A DNA stretch of 62,978 nt, the filler included, from Vannella sp. (lineage: Eukaryota): NCBI GenBank assembly GCA_023345925.1. It is 9 parts of 9 records of this genome, joined end to end, with 100 filler letters (N's around TTAATTAATTAA, not from the genome) between each part and the next. Parts side by side here need not be neighbours in the genome. Positions count along the whole stretch, not along the records: positions 11,195 to 15,657 come from JAJQQN010000196.1; positions 15,758 to 21,912 come from JAJQQN010000833.1; 7 more parts are not named here. One strand, given 5' to 3'. Numbering within the stretch: position 1 is the stretch's first letter; each line of letters starts with the position of its first letter. Position numbers and translations under genes: made by a program. Below the pieces are notes generated by a model. It was not told the DNA's origin. It made no database searches and saw only the letters and a program-made list of their open reading frames with translations. Of the stretch, positions 11,750 to 22,012 are shown piece after piece.

Positions 11750-14035
11750 TTATTGGTCTTCGGGACTCTGGATCTCAATGAGAACCTTCTTGGCTTCTAC
11801 CAAGTCACCAACTTGGAAGAAAACGTTTCGGATGATTCCGGGGGAGGTGGCTTTGATCTGGTGCTCCATCTTCATGGCTTCCATGATCATCAAACAGTCT
11901 CCTTGTTCCACACGGTCGCCTTCTTTGACGCTCACCTTGATAACGCGACCGGGCATGGGTGACAAAAGAGACCCGCTGGAAAGAGTTGTCTTCGTAAAAG
12001 ACGGCTCAGGAAGGACCAATTCATAGACTTGGTCTCCATGGAAGATGAAGAGGGATGCATCAGAGGTCACCACAGTGGCACGAGTGATGTGGTCCCCAAC
12101 CTGTCCCGCAATAACATTGTCCGCTTCGAGAGTCGCCCGAACTGTGGAAACCTCTCCACCAGGAAGCTCTACAGTCCAAACAGAGTCATCACTACCATGG
12201 GACACGGTCACATCGATGGGCTCGTCGTTCTGCAGGAATTGGAGAGTTTGTCTGAACCCGTGATTGAAGCGGCGGTTAGGCATGGAGTGCCAGGTGCTTG
12301 TAGTAGCAGGGGACTCATTCAAAGAGTGCTCCTTCTTCATGGCAAAGACAGCTGCCAGGGCGAGCGAGTTGGACGGGATTCGAGCCAAACCAGTCAATAA
12401 TTGATTCTTGTACTCTTCAATGAACTTGGTGTCGACAGGACCCGCTCTGAAGGCGGGGTGCATGATGACCTTCTTGAGGAAAGCAATGTTGGTCGTTAAT
12501 CCCACAATCTTGAACTCCTGGAGTGCCTCGTAGAGCTTTCGGATGGCACTTTCTCGGTCTTTCTCCCAAACGACCAACTTGGCGATCATGGGATCATAGA
12601 ATACGCTGACTTCGTCTCCCATGCGCACTCCAGTGTCCACCCGGACGTTCTCAGACTCCACGGGAATCTGCATGAACTTGATCTTTCCTGTGCCAGGAAG
12701 GAAGTCGGCATCGGGGTTCTCTGCGTAGATGCGAACCTCCATAGCATGTCCATGGATCTCCAGGTCGTCTTGTGTCATTGGTAGGACGTTGCCAGATGCT
12801 GCATTGAGCTGCCACTCGACTAAATCTTGACGCGAGATCATCTCAGAGACGGGATGCTCCACTTGGAGGCGCGTGTTCATCTCCATGAAGTAGAAAGAGC
12901 CGTCTTCATCAACGATAAACTCAACTGTACCAGCTCCCACGTATCCCACGGCTTTGGCAGCGTTAACGGCAGCTTCTCCCATCTGCTTGCGCCGTTCTTC
13001 ACTCATCCCTGGCTGCCCTCCCTCTGTGAGTGCCACATACTAACACTTCAGTAGATAGGAGACAGACTTACAGCAGGAGCTTCCTCCACCACCTTCTGGT
13101 GGCGACGTTGGACGGAGCAATCTCTCTCGAAGACGTACACGCAGTTGCCATGTTCATCGGCAAAGACTTGTACTTCAATGTGACGAGGGCGGACGAGGTA
13201 CTTCTCCACCTGTTCCTGGTCAGCATCTGGTACTGCAGGGGGAAGGGAGTCTTACCAACACACGGTCGTCGCCAAACGAGGAGACGGCTTCGCGGCGGGC
13301 AGAGTCGACTGCAGCAGAGAACTCTTTAGCATCATAGACGATGCGCATGCCCTTGCCACCGCCACCCATCCATGCCTTGATGAGGACGGGATAGCCCATC
13401 TTGTCCGCTTCTCTCTGCAGTACCTCGATTGATTGGTCCGCACCGTGGTACCCGGGCACCACGGGGACATTGGCCTCCTGCATGATGTACTTGGAGGCGC
13501 TCTTCGACCCCATATCGCGAATGGCGCTGGCGGGAGGTCCAATGAAGACAACTACGGGCTCGTTAGTCACTCCTGGTTAGCAGACGAGGCCAATTGACAT
13601 ACTGCCTCTCTTCTGGCACTCTTCAGCGAAGTCTGCGTTCTCGGAGAGGAAGCCGTAGCCCGGATGGATGGCTTGAGCACCGCAGCGCTGCGCAATATCG
13701 AGAATGTAGTCTCCACGAAGGTAGCTCTCCTTGGCTGGTGGTGCACCAATGTAGAATGCTTCGTCAGCCATCTTCACGTGCATCGAATCCTTGTCGGCAT
13801 CGCTGAACACGGAGACTGTACGGACGCCAAGTTTGCGGGCGGTCTTAATCACGCGACAAGCGATCTCTCCACGATTGGCGATAAGGATCTTATCAAACAG
13901 TGGTTCTATCATCATTGTACTCATTTAGATCAGCCTCATCCTCCCTCAGGAAGCCTTACTTTGAGCCACAGACTCGGCAAAGAAGCGCGATGGCACCCAA
14001 CGCCACGGAACAGCCACTTGATTAGCTCTACTCAT
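11750..14035 (-). CDS. MCCC1: Biotin-dependent carboxylase alpha subunit, most like 3-methylcrotonyl-CoA carboxylase alpha (mitochondrial), spliced
   Basis: [54 protein letters not shown] and the biotinylation motif EAMKMEH. The Arg-rich N-terminal leader is joined by intron 13906-13958. Confidence 0.88.
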
Positions 14036-14180
14036 AGCCCCATCTCCCTTCAGTCTCCTTTTACCTTCTCTGATCCCACTCACACAAGAGAAGCGCGGTA
14101 ACGCAACAAACTCATCACGGGGCCAACAAAGAATGACTTTACAAGGGCTCCTCCTTTGCTCAGCGACCTTCCTCGGCATC

Positions 14181-15125
14181 TTACAAGTTGCTAGGTGTCG
14201 CTTGGTGGTCGCTGCGTTGAGGCATGATCGTGATCTCTGTTGGACAAGCGTTGCGAGGGAACTTTTCGGGGTAAGGGAGGGAAGGAGGTCGCTGGGTTGG
14301 TCTTTGGAGCTTACCTTGGTGACAAAGGCAACAGTGTCAGCGATGTCCTCGCTCTGGATCATCGTATCCAGCGACTTGTTGAAGAGGAGGGCGGCCATGT
14401 CGGTGTTCACGAATCCGGGGCAGATTGTGCACACTTTGATGTTCTTGTCACGTACAGCAAAGAACAGAGACTTCATGTATCCTTGCAGACCCCACTTGCT
14501 CGCACAGTCTGGAGAGCGAGGGTGAGAGAGGCAAAAAGAAGGTTAGGGACCTATTCTTACATGGCATGAGAGCGGGGATGGCATTCTGACCAGCTATAGA
14601 GCTGAGTTGAATGACTAGTAAGAGTAAGTTGCGAAGAAGGGGGGCTGGGAGAGCGAGGGGAAGGCGCACTGCAGCCGGAACCGAATCGTTCGAGATGGGG
14701 AAGCGCTTGTTGGGTAACAGCCATGGAGGAGACGAGGTTGACTTGTAAGCACTCTTCCCACTTTTGGAACGCCTGTTTAGCACCCACAGCAATCCCCGCT
14801 AGTAGGTTATCAGCTTCCGAAGGTACAGAAACGACAAGGGCTGGTGCGTACCGCTGTTGATGACGATGCTGAGACCTTCCATCTTCTCTGCTGCTAAATC
14901 TACAGCGTTTTGCATGGCTTGGGTGTTGGTAGCATCCGCTTCGATGGAGAAAGCCTTCACTCCAAACTTCTCGCACTCCGCCACAACCTCTGCAAGCTTG
15001 TCAACCGCACGAGCTGTCACACAGACATCCGCTCCTTCTTTAGCCAACCGAATGGCGATCGCACGGCCAATCCCACGGCTTGCCCCAGTCACAAACGCCT
15101 TCTGCCCCCGCAAGTCTGCCGCCAT
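14181..15125 (-). CDS. Short-chain dehydrogenase/reductase (classical SDR), spliced
   Basis: TGASRGIG Rossmann motif, YCASK catalytic motif (formed across an intron) and ICPGFVNTDM. The spliced C-terminus ends ...ATPSNL*. Confidence 0.9.
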
Positions 15126-15960
15126 CCCTCTAAAAAGTGTTCCTTTCCACCCCTCACCGATCCCTTACCCTCCCATCTCTCTCTCTTAGCCTACCAGAAG
15201 CATCCAAAGCGCCATAACGGAGAAAGCGAAGGAGAGTGAAGTGTCCAAGTGACATTCCCAAACCAACCCGTTGGTCCTTCACCCAATCTCCCAGTATAGA
15301 GCACGCAGGGGTAAGGTAGAACGTTAGTGAGCTCTCTATCTGGTGTGAGAAGCTACGCAGATGAGGAGAACATGAGAAGTGACTCCTTCCACCCGGCCCT
15401 CCTTCCAGGGGACCTTTGTTGGTGTGATCTGAGTGTCTCTGCAACCAAGTTGGCCAAAGTGAATCAACCCAAAGGCCCAAAAGGCCGCTTCGAGGCCCCT
15501 TCAAGGGAGAGGAGGATCGTGGAGCTGCCGGAGGGCATCTCAAAGAATGGCAAGGAAGAGAGGAAAGACGCCATTTGCATGTACGCCTTGCGCTTGAGGA
15601 CAGCTCGAGGGATCGTCCAACTTCCGATGATGGACCCGGAAAGGACGACTTTCCTGGNNNNNNNNNNNNNNNNNNNNNNNNNNNNNNNNNNNNNNNNNNN
15701 NTTAATTAATTAANNNNNNNNNNNNNNNNNNNNNNNNNNNNNNNNNNNNNNNNNNNNAACTCTCTCGATGGTCCTGAAGCCTTCCACCGGTCCTCCGTCC
15801 GAGTTTTCGAGAGAAATGGGCATTTCTATTCGTTTCAGACGAAAATTCAAATTCCGTCAGAAACATGTTTTTTAGTGCTTACAAGTGTTTCTTTGGGGTT
15901 TGACGATGGTGCGGGCAATCTCGTAGACATCATCGATAGCGATGTTTCCAAGCTAGAAGG

Positions 15961-16007
15961 AAAAGTAGGTATTTAAAACATTTTTTGGGAAAAAGTAGGT
16001 ATTTAAA
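15961..16007. repeat. Direct repeat AAAAGTAGGTATTTAAA x2 (30-bp period)
   Basis: Seen directly at 15961-15977 and 15991-16007. Confidence 0.75.
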
Positions 16008-17552
16008 GAATTTTCTCAAAATAGATGAAATGAGGGTTCTTTCTGAAACATGGATCTGATCCGAGAAGTCTCGGTGGCGAAGGCGTTTAGGTTGGTCACT
16101 CCTAATGGGAGCAGTGCGAGTGACATATGTGGTGTTTATCACGGTTCCAAAGGATTCTGGTGGACACAGTCTCAAGGACCAACCTTCAAGGAAGTCCTTT
16201 TGTCCCGCTGCGTGAAGTTTGTGTATTATATAAGAGCCTCAAAAAAGGCGACAACCTCCTCTTCTGTTGACCAACGGCTGAGTACTCTCTTGAGCTCTCC
16301 TTCTTCTCCATCGGCTCCCCTTCAAAGGTGATCAAACAAACCTGGAAGGTGGAAATTCCCTCCAACACCAACACAGAGTTCTCTCGTCTCAGGCAATGGC
16401 GCTTTGGGACAGCACCGTGCAAGCACCCGCCCCATCGCCACAGAGGGAGGGGCGCGTCGAAACATACGGGTGTTAGAAGAAATGACCTACAACAAAGACT
16501 CAAGTGTCGTTTCCTTTCCTCTCTTTTACTCTTATTTCCTCTAATTCCTTCCATCATTTTCTCATCATTTCATATCTTTCCAACCTATCATGTCCAAGCA
16601 ATAACTATAAGGTCTTTTTTTGACATCAAGACCACCCCTTGGGACAAACCTTCTGCTATGTCTCCGTCAGAACTCTTTTCACCAAAGGGCGCTCACGCAC
16701 CACAAACTACTTGACAGAAAGTAACAAACGGAGTGGCTTCCTCCTCCTTTGCTCTTTCCCGCAATAAACAGTCCCTTCCTCTCCTCTCGCCCACACTGGG
16801 TACACAACAAAATACACAGGCAGTAGGGAGAGCCATCTTCTACTGCAACGGAAGTAAAGTTCACGGAGCTTCAGGTGCTCCATTTGTCGCGAGGCAGCCA
16901 TGAGAACCTCTTAATACCTTAGCATCTGGTGGTAGCTGTGTAATTGATAAAGAGATGGTTTGAAGTGCGTGAATTTCCGAAATTTTTTAGGAGGCAGCTG
17001 TTCAAAGCTTATTCAGTGGACTCTCTTGAGAGTTTGTAGATTGAAGCTCTCATTAATATGGTCTCTGAGAACAGTGTTGGCATGATTTAAGACTATTTGG
17101 AACAAGATTTCTATGCAAGAACCCCTCTCACGGCTACCCTTCCACAATTTTTCTTGACTATCGAACTTCGCATCGTGTATTGATGACGCCTCCAGATTGT
17201 CATTTGTGACATTCTTACAAGAGTGATTTTATGATGCTTTCGGCAAGTACCGCAATTTGGTTGAAAATCACCGTACGAGAAGCCAAAGAAAGGGTCCGTT
17301 CCTGGCCCAGGGGAATGGAGTTATAACTACGTACTTAGTCCCCTGCAAAGGACATCTCAACAGAGATCTCCAAAGAGGGTTAACTTCATTTAATCTTCAT
17401 TTTGGGCCTTTTCCTGCTGTTAATGGGTTCAAAAAATCTCTCAAAACTATAACTAGAAATGTGGCGAAGAGCTTCTCCACAATCGGTACTTCCGCACAGT
17501 GTTGAGTTGTTAAGAAGACGAGTTTATGATAAAAAGAGGGGAAATGCCCACC

Positions 17553-20500
17553 CTAAGGACCAATGATAGGATTTGGAGAGAAAGCTTTTGCTAGTTCCCT
17601 GTCCAGTTTGATACGTCTCCGACGGATTTGAAACTCGACTACCAGCCCTGAGAAGGCGACCAGCAGGACTGCTCCGCCCACCATTCCAAGAGAGATCCAC
17701 GAAATAGTGTCATCTCTACTATGCTGGCAGGGATCGTCTCTCTCGCTTCCGATTAGCAAGAGAGCAAAGTTTGTAAGGTGATCAGTTTGGCCACACAGAA
17801 GACTCTCCTCTTTGTTGTTGCTGTTGGATGATTTCGTACCTTTGGAGGCAATAGTGGTGAGACACTTATCTTCGCATCTCCATTTGTCTTTGCGCTCATC
17901 GTAATAGCTCAAACACACCCTTTGGCCCCTCTCTTTGTTTGGAAGGGCTAGACAGATGGTCAGTGGCGAGTCCAATTTGGTAATGGAGTTGCCTTGACCG
18001 TCGAAAAGGGTGATGTTCAGGACAGTGCTAGCCAGCGATTGCTCGTTAAAAGAGGTTCCCTCAATACTGTCAAAATAGGAAGTTATCAAAGTAATGTTGA
18101 CTTGGTTGCTCAAGTTTGAAGGTATGTACAGTGCTCCCACTAATTCCTTGCCTGGTAGGTCTGGGAGCTCCACCATGTTGTTGTTTGAGGCAAAATTAGA
18201 GGGATTGACGCTTACAATCAAGGCCTGAATGATAGCCGGAGAAGTAGTGGCAGATGAACTCACGGAGGGTGGATCACTCTGGCTAGTAGCAGAAGAGGAA
18301 ATGTTGATAACGGAGCCACTCGCGATCTCGCTTTCAGTCGAAGAAGGAGTGGATCCTGTAAGGAATGACTCTCTCCTACGAGAGGATGACTTCGATTCAA
18401 GGTCTGTTTCACTGGAGACACTTGATGAGAGCGTTGAACCAGCCGTGCTAAAAGAAATCGATCTTGACACGAAACTGCTTCTCGTCACCAGATTCGAGGA
18501 ACTAGCAGGGGAAGGAGTGTCCAATCTAGTTGGAGAGGGTGTTTCTGAAGCTGAATGACTTCCGCTGAGAGTAGCTGAACTCGACCCGCTCTCGTTACTT
18601 CTCGAAGGAAGCAGATCTGGAGCTTCAGAACTGCTGGAAAGAAGCTTGGAGGTACTAGAAGAACAGGTTGCTGAAGCAGTGAGACTTGCGCTGAAAGAGG
18701 GACTTGAACTGGCACTGATTAGATGCGTTGCTGAAGTAGTGGGACTTGTGCTGACGGAGGGACTCGCCGAGGTTGCTGCTGAAGCAGTAATATCTGCGGT
18801 GACAGAGGGACTTACCGACCCACTGCTGCTCGAAGAGGGTATTGCTGAAGCAATGAAAGTTGGACTAACAGAGGGAAGGCTTGGCACACTCTCACTACCA
18901 CTCGAAGAGGGTGTTTCCGAAGCAGAAGGACTGCCGCTGAGAGAGCGAGACCTCAACAAACTTTGAATGATACTTGTAGTTGGCGTTACCGAAGCAGATG
19001 AGCTCGCGCTGGGAGAAGGCGTTTCACTAGCCGAACTCGTAAACGAAGCGCACGCTCCGGTTATGTCATTGCATGTTGCTCCGCTTCCGATGTAACCAGG
19101 TGGAAGAGAAGAGCAATTGAAGACCTGATTGGTGAGATCAATCGAGTAATTGGCTGGGCGAGGATCGGGGAGATTTCCACAAAGTCGGTTGCTCCCTCCC
19201 AGATTGACAGTTAGATTCTGAATCTGCAAATCTTTCCAGTATGGCAGAAATCCACTGATCTGGTTGTTGTACAAAGACCTACGAGCAATCGATGAGCGAT
19301 GTCACATATTCTTCTGATTTAGAATGAACTGTAAGTACTCACATGAAAACCAAGCTCGTAAGATTGTACCATTCTGGAAGGGATCCGCTGATCTGATTGC
19401 TGTCCAATGACCTACAATCAGTCGATGAGCGATGTCTCAAGCTTGCAACGCTTCCAAATTTGGGGCCCTCGTGTCTCCCAAATGAAAGAGGGTCAAGTAC
19501 GTACATTGATTGCAGACTTGTCAGATTAGACCATGCTGGAATAGCACCGCTGAGCTGGTTGAAGCCCAAGAACCTGAAAGCAATCGATGAGTGATATTCC
19601 CAATGATGAGCATCCAAACCGAAAAAGGGATAAAAGTACTCACATGTAGAGCAGGTTCGTCAGATTTGGCCATTCAGGGAGACTTCCACTGATCGCGTTA
19701 TTGATAAAGTCTCTGTTTTCAATTGATAAGTGACTTCTAATGTGTCCATGGCTCTCATGTCCTCGGTGCGAAGTAATACTCGAAGAGGTTTGTAATGTAC
19801 TCACATGTACTGCAGGCTCTTAAGATTTAGCCACACTGGAAAAGATCCGCTGATCTGGTTATGATCCAAGATCCTGCGAGCACTTAATGAGTGATGTCCT
19901 CACTTTGTAAAAGAGGACTGAAAGTACTCACATCCTCTGAAGGTTCGTAAGATTAGGCCATTCTGGAAGAGATCCGTTGATCTGGTTGAAGGACAGGACC
20001 CTGCAAGCAATTGACGAGAAAAGTTCTTGGTTAGTGGCGCTCAAGTAAACATGGCAAAGCCGTATTCTCGCAAACGAACTGAAATACTTACATACGAAGC
20101 AGGCTCGCCAGATTTGGCCATTCTGGAAGAGATCCACTGATCTGGTTGTTTGTCAAAGACCTACAGGTAATCGATGAGTGATGTCCCGTACTAGAGCTGC
20201 TCCAATGATAACGTAATTCTCGTCCATCCAAATGGAGAGGACTACTCACATTTGCTCCAGACTTGTCAGATTGAACCATTTTGGGAGGATACCACTGATT
20301 TTGTTGTTTTCCAAGTACCTGGAATCGATAAGTCAAGCCCAATGTTGTGGCAGTCACATCCACAAGATTAAGTGATCCTCCTCTTCATCCGACGGGAAGA
20401 GAACTAATGCTTACATGATCTTCAGGCTCGCCAGATATGACCATTCTGGAAGAGATCCGTTGATTTGGTTGTTGTACAACAGCCTGCAAGCAAGCATCAA

Positions 20501-21294
20501 TAAGTGACAACTCTTGTGTAAGATCGGCCTACTCACATTCCCTCCAGATTTGTCTGATTCGACCACCCTGGAAGAGATCCACTGATCTGGTTGTTGTGCA
20601 AGATCCTGCCAGCAATCGGTGAGTGAGTTTCCCGTATTTGTTGCGCTAGTGATGAAGTTTCTCGCTCTCTCCATTCTATAAGAGGTTTAAACCTACATGT
20701 ACTGCAGTTCCATCATACTGGGCCATTCTGGAAGAGTTCCGTTGATTCGGTTGGTATCCAAGGACCTGCCAGTAATCGATGAGTGATTCCTCAGGCTGCA
20801 TTGCGTGTGGTGCTTATATCCAGATGGACCAGATTATCTTCTCCATTGAACTTACATGAACTTCAAGTTCTTCAGAGAGGGCCATTCTGGAAGAGACCCG
20901 CTGATCGTGTTGTTGAACAAGTACCTGCATGCAATCGGTGAGTTGAGACCTCCACTGGTGGTTTGTGGCGCTGATGGGAAGTTCACTGCTCTTCGCAAGA
21001 GAAGGGAGCAAAGTACGTTTCTTACAAAGTCGTGAGAGCGGGGAGTTGAAGATCCGGGAGGGTACCGGTCAAGTTGTTCGAGGGGAGGGAAATGACAGTT
21101 ACATTATCATTCGAGTCGCAGACAATGCCGTACCAGCGGGGCGCGCATGGGTCCGTAAGTGGTTCCCAGTTGATGATCCAGAAAGGGCCACCCGTTGCAC
21201 TGTAGAGGGAGAGAAGCGAGTCCGTCTGCTCCTGAGGTGTGGTACATCCCACAGACAGAAGCAAAGCGAAGAAGAAAGGCAACAAAGGCTGCAT
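17553..21294 (-). CDS. Single-pass surface receptor: signal peptide, LRR N-cap, ~13 LRRs, Ser/Thr-rich stalk, GAIN/GPS motif, TM helix, short tail (13 exons)
   Basis: Exon 1 (21026-21294) reads MQPLLPFFFALLLSVGC...SLYSATGGPFW...DPCAPRWYGIVC. Eleven 69-bp LRR exons follow. The last exon (17553-19278) carries the Ser/Thr stalk, CLSYYDERKDKWRCEDKC...LCGQTDHLTNFALLL and the hydrophobic WISLGMVGGAVLLVAFSGLVV. Confidence 0.9.
19279..21025 (-). repeat. Tandem array of exon+intron units, each exon 69 bp encoding one 23-aa LRR
   Basis: Exons 20856-20924, 20697-20765, 20537-20605, 20415-20483, 20250-20318, 20092-20160, 19932-20000, 19805-19873, 19644-19712, 19505-19573 and 19343-19411. All are phase 2-2. 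Intron 3' ends share ~CACTCATCGATTGCTyGyAG. Confidence 0.92.
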
Positions 21295-21470
21295 GGCCGC
21301 CCAAGGCTGGGGAAAAGAACTGAAACGCCATAAAAGGAACTAACTCCGTAACAGGTGGTCAACTCCAGTCAATCACGAAATGATTCATTGCTTAGCAACA
21401 TATAAAATCTTTTTTTCATTGATGCCAGCCGATTAAAGAAGCACTTTCAGCCGAGTGAAGGAAGAGGGCG

Positions 21471-21590
21471 GAGAGAGAATTCACTGCTCCACTCAACCAC
21501 GTCCCCTGGCCTCCGTTGAAAAGTGCCTCTAAATTCAACTGGGACCGATCCGAAAGATGATTTTATATGTTTTTAAGAGGGCAGCTTTTC
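21471..21590 (-). repeat. Dispersed ~120-bp element, copy A
   Basis: Minus strand: GAAAAGCTGCCCTCTTAAAAACATATAAAA...CCCAGTTGAATTTAGAGGCACTTTTC...GGCCAGGGGACGTGGTTGAG...GAATTCTCTCT. Similar to copies B and C. Confidence 0.8.
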
Positions 21591-21620
21591 CATCGTTTGA
21601 GGGATGATCAAATGAGCCCC

Positions 21621-21737
21621 AAAAGTACCTCGATCAAAACATATAAAAAGTTCATTGGTAAAGGTCCCGATCGAATGTAGAGGTACTTTTCAACCACGGC
21701 CAGGGGACGTGGTTGATCTGGGCTGTGAACTCTCTCT
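21621..21737 (+). repeat. Dispersed ~120-bp element, copy B (inverted relative to copy A)
   Basis: AAAAGTACCTC...AAAACATATAAAAAGTTC...GAGGTACTTTTCAAC..GGCCAGGGGACGTGGTTGA...GAACTCTCTCT. Perfect 11-bp inverted repeat at 21621-21631 / 21680-21690. Confidence 0.8.
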
Positions 21738-22012
21738 GCGCAGACACGAGTTCCACCCCTCTCTTCCCCTTCACTGGTGGATTTTCTCAAATTGCCCTTT
21801 ATTTTGTACCGTTTTTGGAAAATTCTCCAACAAGATGCTCGCATGTGCGAAAATGGTTTAAGTCGTGTTCCTCTGACGTGGCCGCCATTGATTGGCAGAA
21901 AAAGTCTTCCCCNNNNNNNNNNNNNNNNNNNNNNNNNNNNNNNNNNNNNNNNNNNNTTAATTAATTAANNNNNNNNNNNNNNNNNNNNNNNNNNNNNNNN
22001 NNNNNNNNNNNN

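Noticed and set aside
15579..15657. Possible gene start MYALRLRTARGIVQLPMMDPERTTFL (ubiquitin-like N-terminus)
   Set aside because: Only 26 codons before the contig ends; too little to support a call.
15758..17550. Short ORFs in the ~1.8-kb region downstream of the LRR receptor
   Set aside because: No recognisable motifs or consistent splice model. It may be intergenic or decayed sequence.
18200..19060. Ser/Thr/Pro-rich low-complexity stretch with antisense ORFs
   Set aside because: It is the mucin-like stalk of the LRR receptor, not a separate repeat element or gene.
19279..21025. Regularly spaced repeats that could suggest a CRISPR array
   Set aside because: The repeats are protein-coding LRR exons bounded by AG/GT splice sites. 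Spacing is variable and no cas genes are present.
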